Virus genome (UHGV): UHGV-0057547
Direction: 5' to 3' (one strand)
Length of the DNA: 64,000 bases
DNA from: a virus
In this document: piece by piece, positions 29,257 through 38,132 of the stretch
How positions within the stretch are numbered: position 1 is the first letter of the stretch
How the letters are laid out: each line of letters opens with the position of its first letter
Program-made: the position numbers and the translations under genes
Notes under the pieces: generated by a model
What the model was told of the DNA's origin: nothing
The model's database searches: none
The model's input: the letters and a program-made list of their open reading frames with translations, nothing else

Positions 29257-30264
29257 CTAGAATGGTAAATCTGTTGAAGTCTTTTTACCAAATCCTTTAT
29301 GTGCAGTAAAATCTTTTGGTTGGTCTTGTTTAAGTTCTTCTAGTTTTCTTTCGTATTCTTCTACACCTTTGCTATATAATTCTAAGTTAAATGCATTATC
29401 ACCTTCATATTCTTCTTCTTCAAGTGGGAAACCACCTATTGCTCTTATTTCTCTTACAACTTTTGTAGAAGGTGTAAATTCAACTTTTTTACCAAATCCT
29501 CTTTTACTAGTTGGTGTTTCTTCTTCAACTGCAACTACTTTTACTGTTGGTACTATTGAAGTTGATACAACTACATTTTCTTCAAATTCACTTTCTACGA
29601 AATCTTTAGCACCTTCAAATTCGTCATCACTATTAAAATCTTCTTTTTTCATTACTATTTCAAATTTATCAACTGCTACACTTTCTTCTCTATCTCCCCA
29701 TGCATTTCTATATTCAGGAACAGTTAATTCAAATTTTATATATTCCCCATCACTATCTTCTAATATAACTGGAACTTTACTTACTACACCTATTAATTCA
29801 CCTTCTAAATAAGGTTCTTTAGCATCTGTTTCTTTTGCTCTATTTACAAAGTTCACAGATAATCTAAAGTTTGAATTTAATTGACCATCTCTCATATAAT
29901 GATTCATTGAAATTTTAATACCTTTATTAGCATATACAAAATCACATTCTTCTAAGCTACCTACTGTTGTTGCTTCATCTTTTTCAGGTTTTGCATCACT
30001 ACTCATTCTTTTATTTGTTACTGTACTATCCAAAGATTTATATTCATCTCTTATAGTTTTAAGTGCTTGATAAGATTTATTTGCACTACCTGTTGATGTA
30101 AATTCATTTGCAAATATAGTTAAGTCAACTTCTTGATTTTCAGCAATTCTTAATTTTAATTGTCCCATCATCCAATTTTTTCTAGTTTCTTTGTTTACAC
30201 CTAACATTATATTTTTACTTATTAAATAACCACCACATTTTACTCTATTACATTCTAAAGCCAT
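29257..30264 (-). CDS. putative non-canonical ssDNA-binding protein (acidic C-terminal tail ending DLPF)
   Basis: Acidic C-terminal region ending ...KKTSTDLPF (SSB-type tip, cf. DDDIPF/DDDLPF); next to the Sak4-like ATPase. Confidence 0.4.
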   Translation of the reverse strand: MALECNRVKCGGYLISKNIMLGVNKETRKNWMMGQLKLRIAENQEVDLTIFANEFTSTGSANKSYQALKTIRDEYKSLDSTVTNKRMSSDAKPEKDEATTVGSLEECDFVYANKGIKISMNHYMRDGQLNSNFRLSVNFVNRAKETDAKEPYLEGELIGVVSKVPVILEDSDGEYIKFELTVPEYRNAWGDREESVAVDKFEIVMKKEDFNSDDEFEGAKDFVESEFEENVVVSTSIVPTVKVVAVEEETPTSKRGFGKKVEFTPSTKVVREIRAIGGFPLEEEEYEGDNAFNLELYSKGVEEYERKLEELKQDQPKDFTAHKGFGKKTSTDLPF

Positions 30265-30343
30265 TATACATCTCTCCTTTTTATTTTTATTTATTTATTA
30301 TTTTAATTATATTATACTATTACTCTTATTAAAAGTCAATATC

Positions 30344-30589
30344 TTAATAGAAAAACATTTTTGAAAAAAAACTATTAACCATTTCTTCATCTATAAATTC
30401 TACTAGTTTATTGTCATCATCTTTATAAGTATGTATTTTCATTACTTTTTCATTATTTTCATCATATCCTAATGTTACTACATAGCTATTCTTACCATTG
30501 TATCCTATTTTAACTACATTCTTACTTCTTATTGGTATAAATTTACCATCATATATAGTTATTGCTCTAGGTTCTCTCATGTACATCAA
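30344..30589 (-). CDS. hypothetical protein
   Basis: 81-aa ORF; no recognisable motif. Confidence 0.35.
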   Translation of the reverse strand: MMYMREPRAITIYDGKFIPIRSKNVVKIGYNGKNSYVVTLGYDENNEKVMKIHTYKDDDNKLVEFIDEEMVNSFFSKMFFY

Positions 30590-30592
30590 CTC

Positions 30593-30766
30593 CTATTTAT
30601 CATATATTTTAAAATCATCTGATACTACTTGAAAATACTTACCATCTAGTTTCATAGAACTATTATTTAGCATTTTACAAAGTTCATTTGCATATTCTTC
30701 ATCTACTCCCATACAAAATAATTCATCAGGTTTCATTTTATACAAGTCTCTAACTAAAATTTTCAT
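30593..30766 (-). CDS. hypothetical small protein (57 aa)
   Basis: Hand-translated MKILVRDLYKMKPDELFCMGVDEEYANELCKMLNNSSMKLDGKYFQVVSDDFKIYDK. Confidence 0.3.
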   Translation of the reverse strand: MKILVRDLYKMKPDELFCMGVDEEYANELCKMLNNSSMKLDGKYFQVVSDDFKIYDK

Positions 30767-30950
30767 TTTCCATCAACCCCTAATTCTTTTAAAATTTTAT
30801 TTTCTAATTCATTAGTTGTCATTTCTAGTATCCCATTTATCAAGTGACCGAACATTCTAGTTTTTTCTAATTCTATTATTTCTACTGAAACATCATTACC
30901 TTTTCTAATAAATATTACTTTACAATCTTTTTCAGCTATCACACAATAAC

Positions 30951-31072
30951 GTTTCAGTGCTTGTTACAATTTCAGAACAAGCTTCCCTATTCATCGTATC
31001 CTCTTTCCTTTTTACAAAGTACTCAAGTTTGTATGATACTCCCAGGGCGTAAATTCGGAACTGAACTTTCCT
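30951..31072 (-). ncRNA. conserved structured RNA element (copy 2), directly downstream of promoter 31094..31122
   Basis: Minus-sense AUAGGAAAGUUCAGUUCC-GAAUUUACGCCCUGGGAGU-(UACAAACUUGAGUACUUUGUA hairpin)-GAGGAUACGAUGAAUAGGGAAGCUUGUUCUGAAAUUGUAACAAGCACUGAAAC. Confidence 0.6.
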
Positions 31073-31093
31073 ATTTATTTCTTATTTACTTAT

Positions 31094-31122
31094 ATTATAC
31101 TACTACTCTTATTAAAAGTCAA
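31094..31122 (-). promoter_or_regulatory. consensus promoter cassette driving the RNA element
   Basis: TTGACT (31117-31122), 17 nt, TATAAT (31094-31099). Confidence 0.6.
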
Positions 31123-31139
31123 TAATTATTTTAAAAAAA

Positions 31140-32450
31140 TTATTCAACATTTGTATCGTCTATTCCTTCCTTATCAAATCTTATATATTCTCTGCCTTTC
31201 CAGGTCGCAAACCTAAATCCATATTCACCTTGTTTATTTGTGCTTATCTCAAAATAGCTTATAGTTATTACTTTACCTATTAATTCATCTTTATGTTCCC
31301 AATAATATTTTCTTTCACTATCATTAAATCCTGAACCAACATAATTAGTATAAATTTTATCGTTATATTTAAATTGAACTTCAATTTTACCTAAAGTGCC
31401 AACTAATCTTCCTTCTCCTTCTATTATATCTGTTACTAATACATCTCCATCTTGAAACTTTTTAACCTTCATTATTGTTTTAGGTCGTTTACCAAATTCA
31501 TATTTACCATTTAAATCATTCAACATTAAACCTTCTAATTGTTGACTTACAACTTCATTTAACTTACTATATATCTCATCAATATCTTTAGTAATACCAA
31601 ATTTAGGAACAAGTCTTATAAACTCATTTCCCTTTCCAATTTTTTCTTCCATAAGTTTTAATCTTTCTGTATATGTCATGTTGCATTTACCCTTGTGATA
31701 ATCTTCTATTGGTGTCATATCAAACACAACAAATTCTAAACCTTCCTTATTATCTGATTTACTATTTACAATAGTTGTTGTTAATCTAAAGTTTTCATCG
31801 GAAGGTATATTGTCATAATTAATTCTGATAAGTTCACCATCTATGAAATAACCATCCAATTTCAATTCTTCTAATGCTTTATTTATTTGATTTAACCCTT
31901 CTACTACTTTACCTTGTCTTGACTTATGAAGTATTCTATTGTTTTCAATCATAGCACTATTTCTAACTCCATCAAGTTTTAAACTCATAGATACTTCATT
32001 CTTAAGTTTACCTTCAAATTTACTTGCTAACATTACTTGATGTTGTTGTATTAAATTAGGTATAGCTTTATTAACTCCTTTTACATCCATTCCTATTTTC
32101 AATGATTTTGTAAATAAACCTATACAGAATTCCTTATTAGTATCAGTTTGTTTATCGCAAAATTCTCTTACAATAGCAATATCTATATCTCTACCACTAT
32201 TATGTGCTTTTAAGTATTCCATAACCTCTCTAATTGTATCTAATTTAAGTTTATCATCTTTTAATGGTATATTTTTATTTATTTTTTTCTTACTTAATCC
32301 AGTGACTATATCACTATCTAATAAAAACTTCAAACATTCTATAAATAATTCATTATCTTTATTCCATCTAACTATTTTAATTTTGTCATTTTTACCACTA
32401 ATTTTAGTTATTAAATTAAATATTTCCACAACTTCTTTTAAATTTTCCAT
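31140..32450 (-). CDS. ATP-dependent DNA ligase
   Basis: Adenylation motif I KLDGVRN (KxDGxR); C-terminal GKYEFGKR (motif V-like). Confidence 0.65.
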   Translation of the reverse strand: MENLKEVVEIFNLITKISGKNDKIKIVRWNKDNELFIECLKFLLDSDIVTGLSKKKINKNIPLKDDKLKLDTIREVMEYLKAHNSGRDIDIAIVREFCDKQTDTNKEFCIGLFTKSLKIGMDVKGVNKAIPNLIQQHQVMLASKFEGKLKNEVSMSLKLDGVRNSAMIENNRILHKSRQGKVVEGLNQINKALEELKLDGYFIDGELIRINYDNIPSDENFRLTTTIVNSKSDNKEGLEFVVFDMTPIEDYHKGKCNMTYTERLKLMEEKIGKGNEFIRLVPKFGITKDIDEIYSKLNEVVSQQLEGLMLNDLNGKYEFGKRPKTIMKVKKFQDGDVLVTDIIEGEGRLVGTLGKIEVQFKYNDKIYTNYVGSGFNDSERKYYWEHKDELIGKVITISYFEISTNKQGEYGFRFATWKGREYIRFDKEGIDDTNVE

Positions 32451-32522
32451 ATCTTCTCTCCTTATCTATCTATTATTGATTATACTAAAATTCTTATCAA
32501 AAGTCAATGTTCTTTAAAAAAT

Positions 32523-33386
32523 TTATATTTTTCTTTTTAAGTTATATACAGAATATACATTTGCTTTTATATTCATATTGTTTAATAAACCTTTAATTTG
32601 TTTTTCACTTAATTCAATTCCAGTTTCAAGTTCAAAGTTTTTGATTTTATCTGCAACATAAGAATTATATAAAGAAGTAGTTGATATTCCTTCAACATCT
32701 ATTCTTCTTAATATTCTGTTTATTTTATCTCTACCTGCATTTTCTTTAATTCTATCTAATCCATCATTGTTAAATTTATTTTTTCTATTTTTCCATAGGT
32801 ATGGATTGCTTTCATTATAGTAGTAGTAATCATAATTACTTTTTTCTTTAACATACATTTTATATCCACGTTCTTTAGATGCTTTATCAATTATTCCCAT
32901 AGTATAATCATCTAAAACTATTTTTTTATCTTCTAATTTTATTTCATTTTTTTCAACATTAATATTATCCATTTTTATATTAATGATTTCTTCACCTTTT
33001 AATCCATTTCTTAATAATAGTACTATAGCTTTATCTAAATAGTTTTCAAATACATTAACGCCCATTATAACTTCTTCATAAGGGATATATCTTAATGTTC
33101 CATTTTCTATATCTAATAAGTCATTTTTATTTATATCTCTATATACTTTATTTCCTATAAATATTAAATATTTTTTTAATAAACTCCATTTAACTGCTAA
33201 TGTATTATATTTTCTACAGTCTAAAGAAGATAACATGTTTATACAGTCTTCTTTATTCCAATCTTCTATTGTTCTATTTATTGTTGTTTCATGTGCTTCT
33301 ATATTTTTGAATAATGTAACATATGATTTTCTAGTACTTTCACTCATTTCTTTTTCTTTTAAAAATCTACTTATATTAGTTTCCAT
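32523..33386 (-). CDS. divergent tyrosine-recombinase-like protein (paralog A; no box II HxxR)
   Basis: Integrase SAM-like N-terminal domain; box I-like LLLRNGLKGEEIINIKMDNI; C-terminal LRRIDVEGISTTSLYNSYV has a candidate Tyr but no HxxR. Confidence 0.4.
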   Translation of the reverse strand: METNISRFLKEKEMSESTRKSYVTLFKNIEAHETTINRTIEDWNKEDCINMLSSLDCRKYNTLAVKWSLLKKYLIFIGNKVYRDINKNDLLDIENGTLRYIPYEEVIMGVNVFENYLDKAIVLLLRNGLKGEEIINIKMDNINVEKNEIKLEDKKIVLDDYTMGIIDKASKERGYKMYVKEKSNYDYYYYNESNPYLWKNRKNKFNNDGLDRIKENAGRDKINRILRRIDVEGISTTSLYNSYVADKIKNFELETGIELSEKQIKGLLNNMNIKANVYSVYNLKRKI

Positions 33387-33406
33387 AACATCTCTTCTCC
33401 TTTTTA

Positions 33407-34297
33407 TTAATTATTTGCCTTTTGTTTGGTCATATTTCTAATATCATAAACATTTTTTGTAATACCAAATTCATATTTTAAATAATCCCTTAGTTCACTT
33501 TGAGTTAAATTTCTTTCTATTTTATGTTGATGTTCAATTACTTTATCAACTACATAACTAAGGGTAAGGTTGCTTAATATGATAGTGTTATCATTTAATT
33601 CCTCTTTTATTTTTTGAAGTCTACCTCTCATGCCACTTATTTTTAAATGTGATAATCCATCATTAGTCCATTTGGTTCTTCTAGTCTTAAATAGATATTC
33701 ACTATCCATATTGTATACTATTATTTTTTCATAGCTCCCTAGTGCCACATATTCTTTTTCTTCTGTTGCTCTTTTAACTAGATACATTGTATAGTCATCT
33801 ATTCTCTTATTATATATCATATTTCTTTTAAAATCAATATCTTTTACTTTTAATTTTACTAAATCTTCTGCTTCAAATTTCATTCCTATACCATTTCTAG
33901 CTAAAAATAATAATGCTTTATCAGAATAGTTTTCCAATTTGCTGACTAGTTTTATTAAATCTTCTTTATAGATATATCTTTTTTCTTCATACTCTTTATT
34001 GATTTCTATGATTTTATTCAAATCTTTTTTTGTAATTAATTTTATATTTTTATTTCCTATGAAGTCATAATACTTTTTTAGTAAACTCCATCTGCTATTA
34101 ATAGAATTGTATGTACCCTTATCTATGCAATGATTAAGTAATAATATAAATTCTTCTTTACTTTTAATATCTTCTATGTTTTTATTCAATACTTTTTCTA
34201 ATTCTATCATTTTTGCAAATAGACTTTCATACATGTTATATGTATTTTCATTATTAATTGTTGCTAAAAATATTTCTCTATACTTCATGTATATCAC
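33407..34297 (-). CDS. divergent tyrosine-recombinase-like protein (paralog B)
   Basis: Paralogous to 32523..33386 (WSLLKKY.FIGNK; ALLFLARNGIGMKFEAEDL box I-like; C-terminal LTLSYVV). Confidence 0.4.
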   Translation of the reverse strand: MIYMKYREIFLATINNENTYNMYESLFAKMIELEKVLNKNIEDIKSKEEFILLLNHCIDKGTYNSINSRWSLLKKYYDFIGNKNIKLITKKDLNKIIEINKEYEEKRYIYKEDLIKLVSKLENYSDKALLFLARNGIGMKFEAEDLVKLKVKDIDFKRNMIYNKRIDDYTMYLVKRATEEKEYVALGSYEKIIVYNMDSEYLFKTRRTKWTNDGLSHLKISGMRGRLQKIKEELNDNTIILSNLTLSYVVDKVIEHQHKIERNLTQSELRDYLKYEFGITKNVYDIRNMTKQKANN

Positions 34298-34451
34298 TCC
34301 TTTTATATTTTATCTATATTATAGACAAAATTTAGAAGAATATACAAAATGATAAAGATTTTTTATTTTTTATCTTATTTACTTATATTATACTACTGAT
34401 ATTATTAAAAGTCAATAAAAAAAGAGAGAAAATTTTCTCTCATTTTAAAAT

Positions 34452-35393
34452 CTATAAATCAAATATATTTATTTTTTGCATAGATTCTTGTATATCTTTA
34501 CGTTGTTGTATATAGAATTTTTGTGATGTTGAAATATTCGAATGTCCAAGCGTATCTTTTATTTCTTGTAAAGTAATATTTGGATTTTCTCCCATTTTTG
34601 TACCTATTGTATGTCTTACATTATGAAAATGAACTCTAGGAACTCCAGCTATATCGCAACAGTCATACCAAACATTTCTTATACCTTGCTCAGTTAATTT
34701 TTCGCCATTTCTATTTGTAAATAAATATTCTCTATTTGGATTATATAATACTAATTTTTTTATAAGTTCAGCAACTTCATTATTACAATTTGTACTACGA
34801 CCAATATGACCTTTATTACCTTTAGAACGTACCATTATTTTATTGTTATCTTCTAATTTTAAATCTTCTATTTTTATTCTACTCATTTCTCCAATTCTTA
34901 ATGCAGTTGAAAATACTAATTTTACAATTACTTTATTTCTTAAATTTATATAATTACTATGACAGTTAAATTCTTCTTTATCTGTTGCTTGTAATATTGC
35001 TTTTATAATATCATCACTAAATGCTTTATCTCCTTTATAATCATTTTCCCCTTTTTCATTAACTTTAGGAAATCTATATAGACAATTATCATCTAATAAT
35101 CCTTCATTGACTAAGAAATTATAAAAACTACTCATTTGTTTTATTTTTTTATTTATTGTTGCTATTGATATATCACTTTCATCTTTTTGTTTATCTACCC
35201 ATTTAAACCAAAATTCCTTATCCATATTAACAAATTCATTAACTTCATTTATTTTTTCATCTTTGACAAATTTTTGTAGTGTACTAACATAACTTTTAAT
35301 TGTAGCTTCACTTTTGTTTAATAAATTTAAATATTTCACATATTTAAAAATGCAATTATCCATACTCATATTTTTATCTAACATATAAACCAC
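34452..35393 (-). CDS. tyrosine site-specific recombinase/integrase
   Basis: Box I ALRIGEMSRIKIEDL; box II HNVRHTIGTKM...LGHSNISTSQKFY. Confidence 0.75.
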   Translation of the reverse strand: MVYMLDKNMSMDNCIFKYVKYLNLLNKSEATIKSYVSTLQKFVKDEKINEVNEFVNMDKEFWFKWVDKQKDESDISIATINKKIKQMSSFYNFLVNEGLLDDNCLYRFPKVNEKGENDYKGDKAFSDDIIKAILQATDKEEFNCHSNYINLRNKVIVKLVFSTALRIGEMSRIKIEDLKLEDNNKIMVRSKGNKGHIGRSTNCNNEVAELIKKLVLYNPNREYLFTNRNGEKLTEQGIRNVWYDCCDIAGVPRVHFHNVRHTIGTKMGENPNITLQEIKDTLGHSNISTSQKFYIQQRKDIQESMQKINIFDL

Positions 35394-35447
35394 TCCTTTA
35401 TTTATTTATATAATAATTGTAACATAAAGTTTATATAATGTCAATCA

Positions 35448-35609
35448 TTATTTGAAAATTCTTTTTACTTTTATATTCCTTTCTTTACAATAAGGGCAAT
35501 ATGATATTTCGATTTTATAAATTTTATCTTCGGTATATAATTTATAATATGTTTTATCTTTTGCTATATAAGTTATTAGACAATCTTTACATCTTCTTAT
35601 ATTAAACAT
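35448..35609 (-). CDS. small zinc-ribbon protein (53 aa)
   Basis: Hand-translated: MFNIRRCKDCLITY...YCPYCKERN. Confidence 0.3.
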   Translation of the reverse strand: MFNIRRCKDCLITYIAKDKTYYKLYTEDKIYKIEISYCPYCKERNIKVKRIFK

Positions 35610-35718
35610 TCAATCACCCACTCCTTAATTATTTATTTTATACTTATATTATACTATTGATATTATATAAAGTCAATAGAATTCATAAAAAAACTAGAGA
35701 AAATTTTCTCTAGTCATT

Positions 35719-36102
35719 TTACTTTAACAAATCTTCATTCTCATATATGTTTCCCACAACTTCAACATCACCAAAATACATATAAATATATAAACTATCT
35801 TCCCATTTCCCTTCATTTACAACACGATATTCACCATTGGTATATTTTACATATAAATTGGCTTCTCCATCGTCAAGTTTAACTTTTAATATATCACCTT
35901 CATATATTTCTTTTCCGTTTTTATCTTTTAAATTTGTATATTGCATTAATCTACAAACATATGAATACGTAGCTCTCCAACGTCTACATTCTTCATCTTC
36001 CATACCAACCTCATAATCATTTAATCCTATAAAATTAACAGTTGCCATTTCTTGTTTTTCAGTATCCCATGCTCTAAATTTAAATTCTCTCATATTCATC
36101 AC
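35719..36102 (-). CDS. hypothetical protein
   Basis: 127-aa ORF; no recognisable motif. Confidence 0.4.
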   Translation of the reverse strand: MMNMREFKFRAWDTEKQEMATVNFIGLNDYEVGMEDEECRRWRATYSYVCRLMQYTNLKDKNGKEIYEGDILKVKLDDGEANLYVKYTNGEYRVVNEGKWEDSLYIYMYFGDVEVVGNIYENEDLLK

Positions 36103-36105
36103 CTA

Positions 36106-36660
36106 TTAATAATTTCCTAAATCTTCTTTTAGATTTTTTATTATTTTCTCAAGAAATGCTAATTCTTTTGTTATATTTTCTCTTTCTACTTTTAATTCAC
36201 CCATTCTTTTCTTTTTACAACAAATTTCTAATCCAATTTCAGGATTAAAAATATCAGTTCTATGACATTTGGTTTTAAAAATATTGAAACTATTATCTAT
36301 CACTATTACTTCAGGATTATTTATTATCACCACTTTAGCCCATTCTCTATTCGTAATCCAAAACTTATTTAGAAAATCATAAGGACAATCATCACCTAGT
36401 TTATATATTTCCATTTTATTAATTTTTGTCATAGGTTCTAGCATGCTCTTGCTAAAGCAGTATGGATTATAATAATCATCAGAATCAAGTTTTATTATAT
36501 ATCTAATACGTTCTTCGTTTCTTGATATCCTTACGATTTCTCCTACTTTACCTAAAGTATCCTTCATGTTACTTATGAATTTACACCCATCGTCATAAAA
36601 TGTATCAACTATTAAGTCATTTTTAACTCTCACTTTATCTCCAATTTTGAATTTTTCCAT
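36106..36660 (-). CDS. hypothetical protein (shared N-terminal K.GD.VR.K module)
   Basis: MEKFKIGDKVRVKNDLIVDTFY... Confidence 0.4.
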   Translation of the reverse strand: MEKFKIGDKVRVKNDLIVDTFYDDGCKFISNMKDTLGKVGEIVRISRNEERIRYIIKLDSDDYYNPYCFSKSMLEPMTKINKMEIYKLGDDCPYDFLNKFWITNREWAKVVIINNPEVIVIDNSFNIFKTKCHRTDIFNPEIGLEICCKKKRMGELKVERENITKELAFLEKIIKNLKEDLGNY

Positions 36661-36681
36661 TTTACCATCTCCTTTATTTTT

Positions 36682-37257
36682 TTAAGATAATTCTAAACAT
36701 TTATGTTTTATTTTTTTAACCGCTCTATTGAAAATTTGATTTACATTTTGTTTTGATAAATGTAATATTTTACCCATTTCCTCAAACGTATAACCAGCTA
36801 AGAACAATCTTATAATTTGTCCACTTCTTTCACTTATTAAATCAGCATATTTTATTATTTCTTTAACTAAATCTTTTTCTATAATTTTATCTTCCAAATT
36901 ATAATCATATTCTATTAATTCTAATAATGTTTTACTTTCTTCTTCATGAACAATTTTTCTATCCAAACTATCAACAGTTGCATCTCCTCTTCTTTTCATT
37001 GTATTTTTATTTTGATAAAATTTTTTACAACTCCATTTAATAGAATTTTCTATAAAAACAGATTTTCCCATTACTTCATCTAATTTATCTAGGTCTTTTA
37101 ATAGATTTAATATTATTTCTGATTTCAAATCTTCAAGACCAAAATAATTATTCTTTGCATTGTTATAATAAAACATTCTTGCATATTTATCTATCAGCAT
37201 TTCATAATCATTTATTATGTTAACCTTTAATTCATTATTCATATACCCCATCTCCAT
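36682..37257 (-). CDS. sigma-70-family RNA polymerase sigma factor (phage-encoded, small)
   Basis: Region 2-like DYEMLIDKYARMFYYN; region 4 HTH LHLSKQNVNQIFNRAVKKIK. Confidence 0.6.
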   Translation of the reverse strand: MEMGYMNNELKVNIINDYEMLIDKYARMFYYNNAKNNYFGLEDLKSEIILNLLKDLDKLDEVMGKSVFIENSIKWSCKKFYQNKNTMKRRGDATVDSLDRKIVHEEESKTLLELIEYDYNLEDKIIEKDLVKEIIKYADLISERSGQIIRLFLAGYTFEEMGKILHLSKQNVNQIFNRAVKKIKHKCLELS

Positions 37258-37294
37258 TTATAATTTTTATTTTTCTAATATGTATTCTACTATA

Positions 37295-37406
37295 GTTTCA
37301 ATGCTTACATTTAAGCTTCCCTATTCAACATATCCTCTTTCACCTAATGGCTACTTGAGTTTGTGTGATACTCCCAGGGCGTAAATTCGGGTTTGAACAT
37401 CCCTAC
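37295..37406 (-). ncRNA. conserved structured RNA element (copy 3), in the 5' leader of sigma factor gene 36682..37257
   Basis: GUAGGGAUGUUCAAACCC-GAAUUUACGCCCUGGGAGU...GGAUAUGUUGAAUAGGGAAGCUUAAAUGUAAGCAUUGAAAC. Near-identical to the copy at 41340..41451. Confidence 0.6.
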
Positions 37407-37443
37407 ATATTAATTTTTTATTTTTATTATCTTATTTACTTAT

Positions 37444-37472
37444 ATTATACTATTGCTATTATTAAAAGTCAA
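37444..37472 (-). promoter_or_regulatory. consensus promoter cassette
   Basis: TTGACT (37467-37472), 17 nt, TATAAT (37444-37449). Confidence 0.6.
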
Positions 37473-37507
37473 TAATTATTTAAAAAAATTAAGGAGAAAA
37501 TCTCTCC

Positions 37508-37756
37508 TTAATCTTCATCAACAGTAAGTTTTGCATTAGGCATGAAAACTAAAACTAAAAACCAAAACAATCCGTTTAATCCATTGCTATCATTTAACAT
37601 AGGTGCTAGCCAATTTAACCAAGGAATACCATTGACATTTACATTAACTATGTCTAGTATCCAAATTACATAAATTGCCATCTTAACTAAACTAACTAAA
37701 GTATTAAATAAAAAACATATAAAAATATTTCTATATTTCATTCTCATCCTCTCCAA
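37508..37756 (-). CDS. small membrane protein
   Basis: 82 aa, two hydrophobic segments. Confidence 0.35.
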   Translation of the reverse strand: MERMRMKYRNIFICFLFNTLVSLVKMAIYVIWILDIVNVNVNGIPWLNWLAPMLNDSNGLNGLFWFLVLVFMPNAKLTVDED

Positions 37757-38120
37757 TCTCTTTTAAATAATTTCCAAACTCAATAAAAACTTTCAAATCT
37801 CTTAAAGATTCATCGATATAATTAGAAGTTTTTATACTTACTTTTTCTAAGTTTTCATTTTCACATCTTAATTTATCTATTTCATATTCAATTCTATCAT
37901 TCTTCTCATCAATTGGTTCAGAATAATATACATCAATTATATAGGGAACTTTATAATCAACTCTAATCTTCAATCCTTCTATCTTTCCATTTACAATATG
38001 ATTTTGTAAATGTTTAATAGCTTCTCTACCTATTGTAACCTTATTACAACGTTTACTATGTGTCATATTATATAATTTAATGTTAACTATTAATTCATCA
38101 TAATAACTATATTCCTTCAT
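37731..38120 (-). CDS. hypothetical protein
   Basis: 129-aa ORF; no recognisable motif. Confidence 0.35.
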   Translation of the reverse strand: MKEYSYYDELIVNIKLYNMTHSKRCNKVTIGREAIKHLQNHIVNGKIEGLKIRVDYKVPYIIDVYYSEPIDEKNDRIEYEIDKLRCENENLEKVSIKTSNYIDESLRDLKVFIEFGNYLKEIGEDENEI

Positions 38121-38132
38121 AATATCACCATC

